Translations under genes and position numbers: made by a program
In this document: positions 1 to 12,246 of the stretch, one piece after another
Position numbering within the stretch: position 1 is the first letter of the stretch
Layout: each line of letters starts with the position of its first letter
The notes under the pieces: model-generated
Told to the model about the DNA's origin: nothing
The model's input: the letters and a program-made list of their open reading frames with translations, nothing else
The model's database searches: none
DNA from: Dimorphilus gyrociliatus
Taxonomy: Eukaryota; Animalia; Annelida
NCBI GenBank assembly: GCA_904063045.1
Contig: CAJFCJ010000054.1
Coordinates: 1 to 64,000 of the forward strand
Length of the DNA: 64,000 bases
Direction of reading: 5' to 3'

Positions 1-90
1 GAGCCTTATTATTTCGAATATGCACAGTTTTTGACCCTTCCACTCTTGACAGACAAGGCAAAAACTCAATTTTCAAAGATATATATATAT

Positions 91-617
91 CAGTACTGAT
101 ACCCTATTTTTGGCCACCATTTTTTTTTGAAAATTAAATTTTTTTTCAACTTTCGCCTAAGCAAGATGTTTTTACCAAAAATTAAAATGAAGACAAATTA
201 TCTATCCTTACTTGAGAATTATAAAAGCTGTATTTAATACAAACTTGATAAGAAAAATATATCTTTTCACCAATGAGGTGTTAAAATTGATTTTTCTATA
301 TTTTTTAAAATAAGAATAATGAAGTTGCAAATGGTAAAAATGAAAGTCATTTTGTAACAGTATTCGATAATTTGTGAAAATTATTCTTGAATATTTATCA
401 CTAACTACTTTTAATTAATTAACCAATTTAGTCAATGTTTGCATAAATTGATAATTTTCTTATTTCTATTGTGATAAACAAAGATTTTATAAATCTCACT
501 TAAAGATAGATGAGTTGTCCTTATTTTAACTTCTATTTAAAACATCTTGTTTAGGCCAAAAAAATATTCATTTTTGGAAAAAAAACAAAAGTGGCTAAAA
601 ATAGGGTACCTCTACTG
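91..617. mobile_element. Non-autonomous Tc1/mariner-type MITE (~530 bp)
   Basis: Imperfect TIRs: left CAGTACTGATACCCTATTTTTGGCCAC vs reverse complement of right end CAGTAGAGGTACCCTATTTTTAGCCAC; inner match GCCTAAGCAAGATGTTTT / AAACATCTTGTTTAGGC; both ends flanked by TA runs; no coding capacity. Confidence 0.75.
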
Positions 618-621
618 TATA

Positions 622-710
622 TATATATATATGTAGTTGATGAATGAGTGTAGGTTAAAGCTATTTTCACCATCTTTACCAATATATGCGTTAAAGATTT
701 AAGGTATATA
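622..710 (+). repeat. Unclassified dispersed repeat, second copy at ~14204-14295
   Basis: TGTAG..ATGAATGAGT..GTAGGTTA.AGCTATTT.CACCA.CTTTACCAATA..ATGCGTTA..G.TTAAGGTATA shared by both loci. Confidence 0.5.
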
Positions 711-843
711 CTAGTAAATAAAGCAGTAATAATAAGTAATATCGAAAATGATAAAGGGTAATGAAATACCATTAGGTTTAAAAATATATATAATGTAAGG
801 TAATTATAAAATAATGTAAAGGGAATTTGGCTCACTGCCAAAT

Positions 844-1637
844 TTAGGCGATGCACCCATCAACTAGATTGGCTGGGGGAAGAACATGGGAAAGAGGCTC
901 ATTTAGTAGATAAGGAATGATATCTCTCACGTCTCTTTCTATGTTACTGTGACAGGTGTAAATCTCATATGTACAGTCTGTCAATTTTCGAATTATTTCT
1001 CCCAGTTTATATTTGTACGTTGACCTCTGATCCATGTATAAAACAGAGTCTCAGGAAAGAGCTCCAGTTTGTATCGATCTTTGTGCCATTTTGTTCTTTT
1101 ATGAATACCATTAAACAACTCAGTACAACATTTGTTGTTCAAGAGTTCACGCTCACGAGTGATGATAGTTGGGTCATATTCTCCATTATTAAGCAGTAAT
1201 TTGTTCAGCTTTAAGAAGTCCACTGGCGATACTGTCATCCGTTCTCCTAATTCATTGACTCCAAATGATATCAGATGGTTATTCACTAAGTTCTCAATTG
1301 TTGAGATTGTGAGACATATAACATTCCAGTCTAGATAGCTGTTTTTGTTTATTTCGGTAGTGAAAATCATGGGTTTAATTAGACCTATGATTCTTTCAAT
1401 CACTCCCATTTTATGAAAAGAGTAAGGGGAATTGAATTTCCACTGAATGTGCTTTACACTCGCTTGTTTCTTGCAATGGTCGTTGATCAACTTATACAGC
1501 CTTTTAAAGGTTGGTGCTGAGTCTGAAATTATTGACTTCGGCCAACTCCAACTGTTCATAAATATTTGGAACTCTGTTATTAATACCTCTGTAGCTAGGG
1601 AAGTAGTGGGTATAATTTGAACTGCCCTGGATCTCAA
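844..1637 (-). mobile_element. BEL/Pao LTR-retrotransposon integrase and C-terminal remnant (frameshifted)
   Basis: WPKSIISDSAPTFK, IQWKFNSPYSFHKMGVIERIIGLIK, TVSPVDFL are Pao integrase motifs; the next frame (KLGEIIRKL..IERDVRDIIPYL) resembles the Pao C-terminal region. Confidence 0.8.
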
Positions 1638-1974
1638 GCAACTTTGTTGTTATTTAAAGATTAGAACCACTATTCTTAAGGTATAATTTCTATAGAATTA
1701 TAGCTGAATAGGCTTTTAATTTAAATTTTCTACAATTATAGAAAATATAATTATTAAAATTATATTTATAGTGTAAAAAAAATATAATGTATAAAATATT
1801 TTATAGTGCTATTATACACGTACACAGAGCAAAATGATAATGGGAGTAAGAAAAAAGTTGATACAGCATTCAATATATTCAGTATTTAGGAATAAGTACA
1901 AGAAAATCCAATGACATGTAATTGGAAATTATATATGATTGATTTACTGCTTCATTTTATTTTTTTCTCTTCCA

Positions 1975-2300
1975 AAAAGTTAAAATAACAAAAAAGAATA
2001 CAGACATGCTAAGATTCAATAAATACAAAGCATATAAGAGACTGGAAAGTCTACAGAAGTTTGAAAGAGATGCAGAGTATGAGAGGTAATGTTTGTTGGT
2101 AACGTTCAGGCTATGTTTTAGGTCAACCTTGAGAAGAGTTGTACTTTGGGCTGCTATATTGGTGTCCAGCATGTAAGAAGAACCATAAGAACCTGGTGGA
2201 AAACAAAATGACCAGGCATGCGTTCAGAGCCAAAAATAGCCCCAGTGTGGCATCGGCAACACTAAGTAAAATGATAAAAAAAAGTTAAGTGAGAAGCTAA
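1975..2300 (-). pseudogene. Decayed LGR/RXFP-like GPCR fragment (TM2-TM3)
   Basis: Manual translation in two frames: FIILLSVADATLGLFLAL (TM2-like) and NFCRLSSLLYALYLLNLSMSVFFFVILTF (TM3-like). Confidence 0.4.
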
Positions 2301-3214
2301 AAGAAGATGTGGAAAAATGCGTCTATACTGACCTAATACTAGCTTCTGGTGATGTAAAATACATTGCAAAAACATTATCAAAATACTAAAAGCCCTTGAT
2401 CTACTAACACCCTGACAAAACTGACAACAAATTCAAGGGAAGTGATAAAACAAATTCCTTCAGAAAGGCAACCTGTGAACACCATAACAAGGTGATGGGA
2501 ATCCTGTATGATGGACTGAAGAATAAGATCTATTGAAATTGGAAAATTTTGGCACTGGTACCAAAGGGAAAGAAATATCAGGGGTAAAAGCAACGGTCTA
2601 TAATCCTTTATGGATATGGAATATCTTAGTAGCTCATCTCTGAACAGCATTTTCAAAAGAATGCGATAGAAATCGCCCATAGGAGGGACAGAAGTCACCC
2701 CACTTATCAATTAAAGAAAAATTATCAAATTATTGTTTTTCAAAAAATCCTTTAAAATATCTCTTCCTTTTTGTGCCAAGTATTTGCATTTGACATGAGT
2801 AAAATGTTTTTTTTTCATCATGGGTTCTTATCCAAAGGGTTAGGGAAGAAAGCTCAAAATGCCGTCAATTATCACTCAAACAACAACTAAAGTATTATTA
2901 ATTAAAGGATAGCTAAAACCAGGACATGTTTTGTCTTTTGTCATTTATGCATTTATTAAAAGTTTTTCTATTTGTACCAGTTTGTCAAGTAATAAATATG
3001 GGTAGTGTCTAAAAATATAATGTTCTCTTTGTATTCAACTTTTTAGTTGAATATGTTATGAATATTCATATATTTTTGCTGCAAAGAAATAAATGTCTTA
3101 AAAGGGTAAAAATTTTCATCATTTATTACAAAGTGATCAATATACTGTATCTATATAAACACTAACTTAACAAAATAGGACAGATACTTAATATATAAAA
3201 CTGGATTTTTGAGT

Positions 3215-3885
3215 ATGAATATAAAATTTCTAATTCTTTTTCTACTTGGTAGTTTAATTCCCAAATCTTATCTTTTGGATTATTGTAACACAACATTGAT
3301 AGGACTCTATGATGAAAATAAATTTCCCAACTCATTATTTTTTGGGTATAAAGCCCATGGTGGAAAGCTTGGACATCATGCAAGAATAGAAAAAATTTCA
3401 CCAAAGACTTGGTTCACTGCTGATTATCAAAATGGTTATTTACAAATTGATTTAGGTAAATAAACATAATTTTCTAAGTTCATTAAATTTTACTCTTAGT
3501 TTTCCACTTTTCTAAATAGGTCAACTATACAGTTTGTATGCATTGGATTTGTTAGGAGCATACTGGATCTCACCCAGTAATGTAGTAAGTGGTTACTATA
3601 CCAGGTCATTTCAAATTCGTTATGGATTTGATATAAATTCATTAGTCTACATAAAAACTGATGACCAGAATAATATTTATGTGAGACATATTGTTTGTAT
3701 TCTTTTATAAAAAATAATATTTTTTTTTTCTTTTTGAAATTTAAAGACTTTTGATGGTGCGGCTCCAAGTGAATACAACACTACAAAACGCATTTACTTT
3801 CCACATAAAATAACAACAAAATATTTTCGAATTTACCCCAAATCGGGTTATTATGGAGCTGTTAATATTGAACTTTATGGATGTA
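3215..3885 (+). CDS. Secreted F5/8 type C (discoidin) domain protein; exons 3215-3455, 3520-3680, 3747-3885, possibly continuing downstream
   Basis: Signal peptide MNIKFLILFLLGSLIP; WFTADYQNGYLQIDLG, YYTRSFQIRYG, TKYFRIYPKSGYYGAVNIELYGC; GT-AG introns keep the frame. Confidence 0.85.
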
Positions 3886-4996
3886 GTAAGTTGTCACCAG
3901 TCTTTTCTCTAAATCATTTCATTATTCATTTGATAAAATAACAATAATAACAACAACAAAACATTCAATCAGATTCAATATGAAAACATTTAAACATAAC
4001 ACAAGAAATGCTCAAAAATTTAAAAAAGTAAAATATAAATTTTTGAAGTTAACTTGTAAAGGTTTTCTTTACAATTGATGAGCCTTTAAAGTCTCTTCAT
4101 TTGAAGATCATTTATTTTAATGAAGAAGAAAGTAGACAGATTGAAGATTTCTTGAAACAGGAAAGGAATGTTTGTAAACATTTAAAATAGTTTAAATTTT
4201 CACAATAGCTTTTCGAATTGAGAGAGAAATGAGAAGAAAATCGGTGGAGAAGAATCAGAATCAAGAATGCTACCATTTTCAGTCTATAACAACTAGTTTT
4301 CCAAAAGATTCCTTTATTTATCTAAACTTTCAATGTGCAATTTAAAAGGCATCATTTTTCTCTCTCAGCCATTATTCAGTTGTCAAAACTAAAATCAGAC
4401 AGAGAAAGATAGTTCAATTTTGATACAAACTTAGTGATAAATAATTTATTGCAAAAATATAAAATAAAATTGTTTTGCTTTCTGAATATTTTCATGATTG
4501 GCTTTAAAAATGTAGAAAAATTTGTGATAGATTAACAATTTTATCTTCTTTGTTATAACTTGATTTAGAGGTTAGCGTGGGTAAAAGCGATTTCCTAGGC
4601 ATAAAGTTCATTTACCTTTCAGTGTTATTTAACAAGACAACAAACTATTTGGTTGAGTGATTCATCCATCAATTGTATTACAAATAGCTAAACTGCTTGA
4701 CTAGAATAGAATTATGTAATTCTATTCAATTATAGTTAAAATTGCATCCACATTAAAAATTCTTAAAAAATCACCAAACAATTATAAAATAATTAGTCTC
4801 TTTTTAGTTAAATATCCTCTCTACTCTTTTTCTTTTTCACAAAAACAGAGTTTCATTATTTACCACACCTGTCAAAAATTAAGTTTAATTGTGTCATGTG
4901 ACAAAATGTAATGACAAGTATTAAATTATTTTTATGGTATTTTAAGTATGAAAAGCTAGACAAAATGTCAGGAATAATATATAATTTAAAATACTT

Positions 4997-5203
4997 GGGG
5001 CTGGTCGTAAACGGCCATAAATGAAATATTTGAAAGTTAGGTTTCAGCCTGGGAAATGGTTAGGAGGAATAAGATAACTGTTGATATGTTCTTAGGAGGG
5101 TCCCATCTAAGGGTTAGGGGTATTCAAAAAGGTTAGGCAAAAACAAGGGCTGGGTTAGGGTTAGGGTGAAACCATAGATTTATGGCCGTTTTCTACCACA
5201 TCC
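4997..5203 (+). mobile_element. 207-bp Mutator-type MITE with TTAGGG tract (subfamily 2)
   Basis: 9-bp TSD AAAATACTT on both sides; TIR core AAACGGCCATAAAT / ATTTATGGCCGTTT; GGGCTGGGTTAGGGTTAGGG at 5147-5166. Confidence 0.9.
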
Positions 5204-5339
5204 AAAATACTTTTGTTATGGGCAAGAGAGAGAGAGAGAGAAAGATCTAGAATAGAATTATATATTTGAATGGAAAATTTCACTTGCTTTTAAATTTGGG
5301 CTTATTTTTGGAGTGTAATTTTGATAATAATATATTTAC

Positions 5340-7860
5340 AAAAACAACAGACAATGGAAATACTCAAATTTACTCAAATGGAAAATGAATCTTAACTTGT
5401 TACCATAGTAACTCTACACGTAAATACTGCAATATATATAAAGAGTAATTTTTTTGTAAATTTCTCACTTGCAATTATTTCAAATAGAGTTTTTTTTATT
5501 GAAATTAATAATAGAAGGACATTAATTTATCTAAAATCAAAGAACATTTCCAAATCCTTGTTATGCAGTTACCTTGAAATAAAAGGTCTGTTTTAAAAAA
5601 AACAAAAACACTATAAAATATAAACTAATGTTCAAATAGAGAACAAAATATCCTAAATATTGATAAAACCCTACTTGGAAATAGTAGTAATACAGTTATA
5701 TGGAATTTAAATTATATAAACAATGATCAATTAATAATGATACTTGATAGGATCATATCAACTAATTATGGCTTTAAAGAATATATTTAACCAGAAGTGA
5801 TGTCTTTCATATACCATCAATTTTCATAACTGTTTTAAACATTGAAAGAAACTTTTAAAAAGAAGTTTTTAAATTATTTAAATTTTTGAATTTAATTAAA
5901 CTAGATATTTCAAGTTCAAAACTACAAACAATCTCATTTAATGAAATGAAAACTTTGAAAAATTTAAAATATTTATACATTACTCATAACTTTATTGAAA
6001 GAATTGAGAAAGAGACATTTTTTAATGCTTTTCATTTGAAAGTTATTTATTTGAATAAGTCAGGAATTCCATTAAAAAATGCAAGAATGATAACAAAAAT
6101 GTTGCAAAGTGTTAAGAAAATATTTACTGAACAATTTTAAATCTGTTGCCCATTCAATTGACTATACAAGAAACGAGTTTTATACCTACCTCAACCAATG
6201 TGAACCCAAGCTTTGGTAAATGTATAAAAGGAAATGCATTTCCCCAGCTTGTCAGTTGTTATTTACTTTAAGTAAACAAGAATCAATTGTTCCAAATCCG
6301 TATCCTCTTAGAATCAATGTATCTGTATATTTTGATATACAGTTATGCTCTTAGTTATACTATCAATATGACTGTCTAAGCATGTCAACATATTCAAGGA
6401 GAATTTTGTGAACAAGCAAATTAATGTTCTTATGGATTTTATATACAGTATAGCTTCAACCAATCCTATTGTCTGAGAAAGATACTAGACAAAATACTTT
6501 CTGCCAGTACATTAACTGTTCTTCTAAAATAAAGGCTTCTGAGTTTATTAATATACACTATTTCCTCTATATATACAAAAAACAAGAATTTTTATTTACT
6601 TTTTTAATAGGTTAGTGGGTGTTTTTAATAGGGGGCGTTCCCTAGATATACTAATATTGTCGATTTATTTTAATCACACCAATATCTAGCAGCTTTTAGA
6701 ATTACATTGATCTTTCCAATCACACCATTTCACTGTTCTAGCCATTCTTTTTTTGTAATTTCCTGGAACTTCTGATGGACAGTTTATTTTCTTTAAAGTA
6801 TTAATAGCGGTACAACAGCCATTTTTATATTTTTCTTTTTCTTTCTTAACCTTGTCTAAATGACTTTGCATGGTCAGAATCCAATTTAACGAGTGTAACA
6901 TTACAATGAACAAGCAATAGAACCAAAGATCAATAGCAGAGTAGATAGTTCATAACAGCAGGTTGCCAAATTGCCAAACTAGCATGCAGCAGGAGAGTGG
7001 CTTATTCCATTGAAGGCTGTTCCCTGTGATCTTCCTCAATGATTAGTTTAATTTAGAACTAGAAACTCATTTACTCAATACATATTCTTTAAATGAAATA
7101 CTGGCATTTTGTTGATTAATTTCTACCGAAATTACATTTTTTATAACTACTTGTGGACGAACTTGGAAGGTTCTATTTGGACCAGTACTTTGGCAGATTG
7201 GTAAATGATTGGAAAGGATGAAGAAGAAGCAGAAATTCCTACAATTACAATACAACAAAGTACAAACAAAATACTTTATTACATGCAACAAATGATTACC
7301 TTCAAATGGAAGAGAGCTAGAGGAATGGATTGGCTTGTATTGTATCATTTTCTTTAATTTTTTCAATAACAAATATCTTTTTGATAACACTGGAGAGGTA
7401 TAAGGCAATTTGTAAACCATTTGAGGAAAATATTATAAAAACAAAAGCAAAATTGATATAACTGTTCAATTTTTTACTTACATTTGCAATTGTTTTAATT
7501 CTATTAATATTTTTCAAGGTTTTCTTTCTTTATTTTCAAAAATATTTCAATATATATGTTTTTATCTATTTTTAAAAAGATTGTTTTTCAGAATCATCAA
7601 CCTGTCTTAATATTCATACAAGAAGTGATAAAGGTGAAGGTTGGATATATTCATTTATTGTATTTGGTTTCTTGATTTTTGCAATCAGCCTATCAATCTT
7701 TTTACTTTATGTTTCAATATTCTTTGCAATAAATAAGAGAAATAAAATGTCTGCAGTTATAATATCATTCTTAGTCCCATTGAATTCATTACTCAATCCA
7801 TATATTTATTCATTTGATAGTTTTAAAAAAGTTCTCTTCATCCACCAAATTTTAATGTAA
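5340..7860 (+). pseudogene. LGR/RXFP (GRL101-like) LRR-GPCR pseudogene interrupted by repeats
   Basis: LRRs (LIKLDISSSKLQTISFNEMKTLKNLKYLYITHNFIERIEKETF); YLQMEES*RNGLAC..SITNIFLITLERYKAICKPF (ECL1-TM3, stop at expected W); SSTCLNIHTRSDKGEGWIYSFIVF (ECL2-TM5); VPLNSLLNPYIY (TM7); TM6 region apparently missing. Confidence 0.75.
6214..7265 (+). mobile_element. Insertion containing pieces of LTR-like repeat family A
   Basis: GAACCCAAGCTTTGG..GAAATGCATTTCCCCAGCT.GTCAGTT (6220) and ..TTCCTACAATTACAATACAACAAAGTACA (7235-7264) recur at ~27450-27770, ~52680-52780 and ~15990-16055. Confidence 0.55.
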
Positions 7861-8188
7861 AATTTATCTTTTACTGCATAAAACTCTCTCTGTCTTTTCT
7901 TTTTCTTTCTAATAGAAAAATCAGGTTTGCAAATTATGAGAAACATGTAAACTTTTAAAATAAATCAATCACTTTCGTTAGAAATGGAACAAGAATTCTT
8001 TGAAGATAATGAAGATGAAAATTTAAAAGAATTTATTATAAATCAAAAAATTTCTAAAGATTTCAAATACTTTTACTGTATTAGAGAAATATTGAAAGAT
8101 TTAAGAATATTCCATTCAGAAGCCTTATCTATTGATTGTTCAAATATTGAAAGTATTTTATCTGCGAAAGTAAATGTGGATTTTTTTT

Positions 8189-8396
8189 GGGGTCGACAGA
8201 AAACGTCTACAAATGAGAAATTTCAAGACAAAAATTTGGATTGAGAAATGGTTAGGCAAAAGAAAACAGCAACTGATTTGTAGTTAGGAGGGTCTCCTCT
8301 GAGGGTTAGGGGTAAAGGAAAAAGGTTAGGTACAGCTAAGGGCTGGGTTAGGGTTAGGGTAAAAGCACCAATTTGTGGACGTTTTCTGTCGTATCC
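8189..8396 (+). mobile_element. 208-bp Mutator-type MITE with TTAGGG tract (subfamily 1)
   Basis: TIR CGACAGAAAACGTC(T/C)ACAAAT; 9-bp TSD ATTTTTTTT; interrupts ORF 7984. Confidence 0.92.
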
Positions 8397-9163
8397 ATTT
8401 TTTTTTCTTTCTTGTTTATTTACAAAATTTCTTTTTGGCAGAAAAACATTGAACAGGGATATACAATTTTTCCAGAGTATTATACCAGATTAACAAAATA
8501 TCAGAATTGAAAGATATTTATTTTTTTGGAGATTTTTTTTCAATATAATACAAAAAAATTCAAACTAATTGAATAATGATTTATATGTTGTTTTTTTACA
8601 TGAATATTGCCTCAGAATACATTAAATAGATAACTATTGATTTGATATTTTTGAATACTAATGCCAACTACAATATTAAAACTGGATACATGTATTTAGT
8701 GTAAATTTATGGAGAAAATGTCTTATAAATTACTATCAAATGGTGCCATATTTGGTATTTTTCTTTATGCTGACTTCCAAATATTTTTTCCTTGCATTTG
8801 TAGCAATACAATACTATCTATCAACAAGAAGTAAAAATTATCAAAAAATGGTTGCTCAAAAGTTTCAAAAACTTGATTTAATTAATGATAATCTTACCTT
8901 AAATTGATATAACTGTAAAATATCTATTCAAAGATATTCAAATTTTTCTATTATTGCTATGTTTTGTGATTAAACTTAGTAAATATCTTTTACAGATAGT
9001 ATTTCAACAAAACTATTCTTTTGAAAGGAATCAAAAACAGAAAAACATAAACAGGAAATAGTTCCTCAACAAAATGGCGGATCTATCATTGCATAATTTT
9101 TATAATCTCAAAAGTTTGAAACAATATTTAACCCTATTTATCAATACCAATTTTCAATTCCAA

Positions 9164-9215
9164 GGACAATTTCTCCTGTGGACATTCTCTCTTGTGGACA
9201 TTTTCGCCTGCACCC
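9164..9215. repeat. Orphan Mutator/Phantom-type terminal array (~16-bp units)
   Basis: GGACAATTTCTCCTGT-GGACATTCTCTCTTGT-GGACATTTTCGCCTGCACC; reverse-strand core AAAATGTCCAC matches the AAAACGTCCAC of the MITE TIRs. Confidence 0.55.
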
Positions 9216-9259
9216 AGACAGCTCGTTAAGTATAACTTTGTCATTGTATACTGGAGACA

Positions 9260-9430
9260 AACCTTCAAGTATATAAATCTTCACTGTTTCATTCCAACTA
9301 TCCTACTTTAAATTGACAAGATCAACTGGAAACAACCCTCACTGGGACAAGCCTTCTACTGCTTTCCTTCAACATTGGACACTAGTTTGGTAATTTGATG
9401 ATTATCACCAAAAATGATATAACTTGCATC
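9260..9430 (+). repeat. Unclassified repeat family B (LTR-like), also ~21490-21730 and ~51390-51680
   Basis: Shared AAGTATATAAATC, CTGGAAACAACC.C.ACTGG, TCAACATTGGA...AGTTTGGTAATTTG, GTAGAACCAGT..TGTTATAACTTGCAA blocks. Confidence 0.4.
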
Positions 9431-10028
9431 AGCCTTTTAAATATTCTTGATTAAAAAGTAATCAGGTATAAATTCTTTATTCAAATCAAATGAAAGATCA
9501 GCTGTATAACCATTACCCTGGCGGTCTGAGCACTAGGAAGACATTTGTTGGATATAAATGTATATAAATTCCCAATCAATAGTTTATTTGAAAAATATAT
9601 ACAAAATGAACACATTGAAAAACAAAAAACATCAATAAAATCTATTTTCTGCTATAAATTTTAAAAACTGTTGACATAATATACATCAGAATATTTCAGA
9701 TTTATAGGCAATATAGAATTTACAAGATTTTATTTTGCTTGTAGCACGGAATTGCAGACAATTCTGTCTAAAATTATGTTTTTATTACTCTTAGCTTTCT
9801 CACACTGTTTTGATACATTCACTCTCTTTTATACCTTGCTAGCGTCACTTAACTGGGTGCTTGACTGTTCTCATTCGTGGTGCCACATTCGCGCCACATT
9901 GTTCTCTATCAACTATCCTGACTTTGGCTAAGTCAAGCTCCCCTTGTAAGTGACACTAACATACTGACATACATTCACTGACTCACACTGACTCACACAT
10001 AATGTTTAAACGCTCTCTTCATAGAATA

Positions 10029-11030
10029 CAGTCTGCAACAGAAAGATCCATATATGAAAAAAAAAAAGTTTTTTGATAAAAGAGCTTTTTTTTCTTTCTA
10101 AGATGAATTTTTTTGGTTTTTTTTTAAATATTGGTTGAAGAATATGTCTGAAATTGAAATTTGGATTCGGTTTGAATTGAATGTTTAATAATCTTAAAAA
10201 ATAGCAGAATAATAGTGCATCAAAAATTTCCGTATATTGTCAGTTAACTAGCTTGTCTTCATTTTTTTTATTACATTTCTATATTTTGTATTTGTACAAG
10301 AGTTATTTTCCTATCCTGTCACCTTTGTTGGCAATAACTTGCCAAATTCTTCCTCCTATTCCTTTATATAAATGTTTTACATAGCCTCTTTTGTTTCTAT
10401 TTATTTTTTCTGTTTTGGCTTGTATTTTGTCCCATAAATGGTCAAGGGTTTGGGGCGTACTTATTTCATAAACATTTTTTTTAAATAACCGCACAAATTT
10501 TCTATGGGGTTGAGGTCTGGTGAATATGGAGGCCAAACTAGCACTTGGATTCTGTTCTCCTCCAGTGTATCAGTTGTTACACTGGAGGTGTGTGGAGGTG
10601 CATTATCCTGCTGCCAGAAGAAGTCTTCACCAAATTTTTCCCTCAACATTGGAAAAATTGTCCCCTGAATGAACTCAGAGTAAATTTCTTCAGTGATGTT
10701 AGAGGGAAGTCTTTGGATGAAAACTTCACCATCTGAGGATTTACACCCCTACACCATCACTCCTCCTCCACCAACAGGACTTGAGAGTCTTGGCCTATTG
10801 TCTACTTGCCAAGTTAGTAGGTGGTTTGGACCATCTAGGGCAAACCTAGTCTCAGTGGTAAAGATCACTTTACTGAAATTAATCTGTTGTTGGATCCAGC
10901 CACCTACCAAAGCCATTTGAGTATTTTTTAGCTCTTGTTGACAAAGGGTAAATTTTTGGGACAGTTAGATAGCTTGCTCCTTCTTGCTTTAGAACCCTTT
11001 GTATGGTTCTCTTTGAGATATCCAGTCCTA
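10029..11030 (-). mobile_element. 5'-truncated Tc1 (DD34E) element
   Basis: LGLDISKRTIQRVL (HTH), FSKVIFTTETRF, GGGGVMV*G, QQDNAPPH..WPPYSPDLNPIE; terminal TA|CAGTCTGCAACAG at 10027-10041; stops and frameshifts. Confidence 0.8.
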
Positions 11031-11845
11031 ATTTTTGTCTATTTGAGTTTGCCATTCTTTTTAAGTTATTAATATCAGGAAGACATTTAGCATTAGATTC
11101 ATATGATAAAAGAACTTTTTCAGCAATGCTTCTTCCAGATGCTTTGTTATCACTTTTTTATATAGTTTTCAAATCTGTTTTTACTTTAACATCTACTTCT
11201 AAATTTTCTTTTCTATTGTGATTATGTTCCAGATTGCCTTTAATAAATATACTTCCACTTTGTCTTACTCTAGCTGCACATCTTTTCTTCTTATTTCTCA
11301 AACTGCATACCCAAATTGTGGTTGTAAGTGTTTTATGTTTAACAACAAAAGAGTATCCATCATTTAGAAGAATGTCATGTCCCTTTCTGCTCCCTCCCTT
11401 TACAATCTCAAAATCATTCTTTCTGATTGAATTGCTATCATCTTCTGCATTTCCCTCAACTTCTTCCAAACAGTCTAGGTCCATTGATTGGCTATCTGAA
11501 TGTATGGGATTTTCATGCTCCAATGTTGAATCCTTAAATTCATCAGGATCACTTTTGTTATCATCTAAGCTCTTATTATTCTTTTGGTATTGGTCAATTT
11601 CCATATTAGTTATCTTTTTAAGGCTAACAGTACATTTTCTTTTGTTACATGTTGTGCAAACTGGAATGCTAGGTGTTTTTTAGTCAATATGTTCAATATG
11701 TTAACAAAATATAGTTATCTAAAACATAATTAAATATTAATATACCTGTACATTTTTTATGGATAAGATTCTTACAAAGGCAGCATTTCAAATTTTTTTG
11801 CCTTCTATAAATTTTTGAATCACAATTGTTACATTTTAAAGCCAT
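11031..11845 (-). mobile_element. 5' half of a Phantom-like PHD-FLYWCH MULE transposase gene (decayed)
   Basis: Exon 11845-11746 MALKCNNCDSKIYRRQKNLKCCLCKNLIHKKCT; then VCTTCNKRKC; FLYWCH GGSRKGHDILLNDGYSF..WVCSLRNKKKRCAARV..HNH; homologous to 19101 element. Confidence 0.8.
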
Positions 11846-12246
11846 ATTATGAAATCAGAAAAAATTCATTTGATTATTAAAAATAATTGTCAGATATCAA
11901 TCAACGTCCTTTCCAAATATTCAAAATGGCTGAAATTTTATTTATTTGACAAATTTTGAAATAATTTGCTGTTAAAGAAAACACATTAAATTAAAATATT
12001 CCTCATCAAAAATCTGCTTAAAAGTATTTAGAAATTTACCTCTGTAAAATTTACTAACAAGAACTGTCCAAAATTTATTCAGGAAATATAACTTACTTTT
12101 TGAAGTATATGCCTTCTGAAGAGAAAGTTTGTTTCTACCACTTCCACTTTTGAAATGGCCGCCACTTCACTTTTCAACAACATTTTAGTTTTTTAAATAA
12201 TAATTCACATTGATGAAATATTTTTACTTTTTCAAATTATTATATA

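Noticed and set aside
5147-5166. TTAGGG runs as a telomere or interstitial telomeric array
   Set aside because: Only 2-3 units, always at the same position inside a TIR/TSD-bounded MITE
6686-6913. Cys/Lys-rich 75-aa ORF as a Zn-knuckle or peptide gene
   Set aside because: Lies inside a repeat insertion; no convincing CCHC spacing or signal peptide
7984-8244. 86-aa ORF as an intact gene
   Set aside because: Its 3' end is MITE sequence; removing the MITE gives a frame that stops soon after; no recognisable domain
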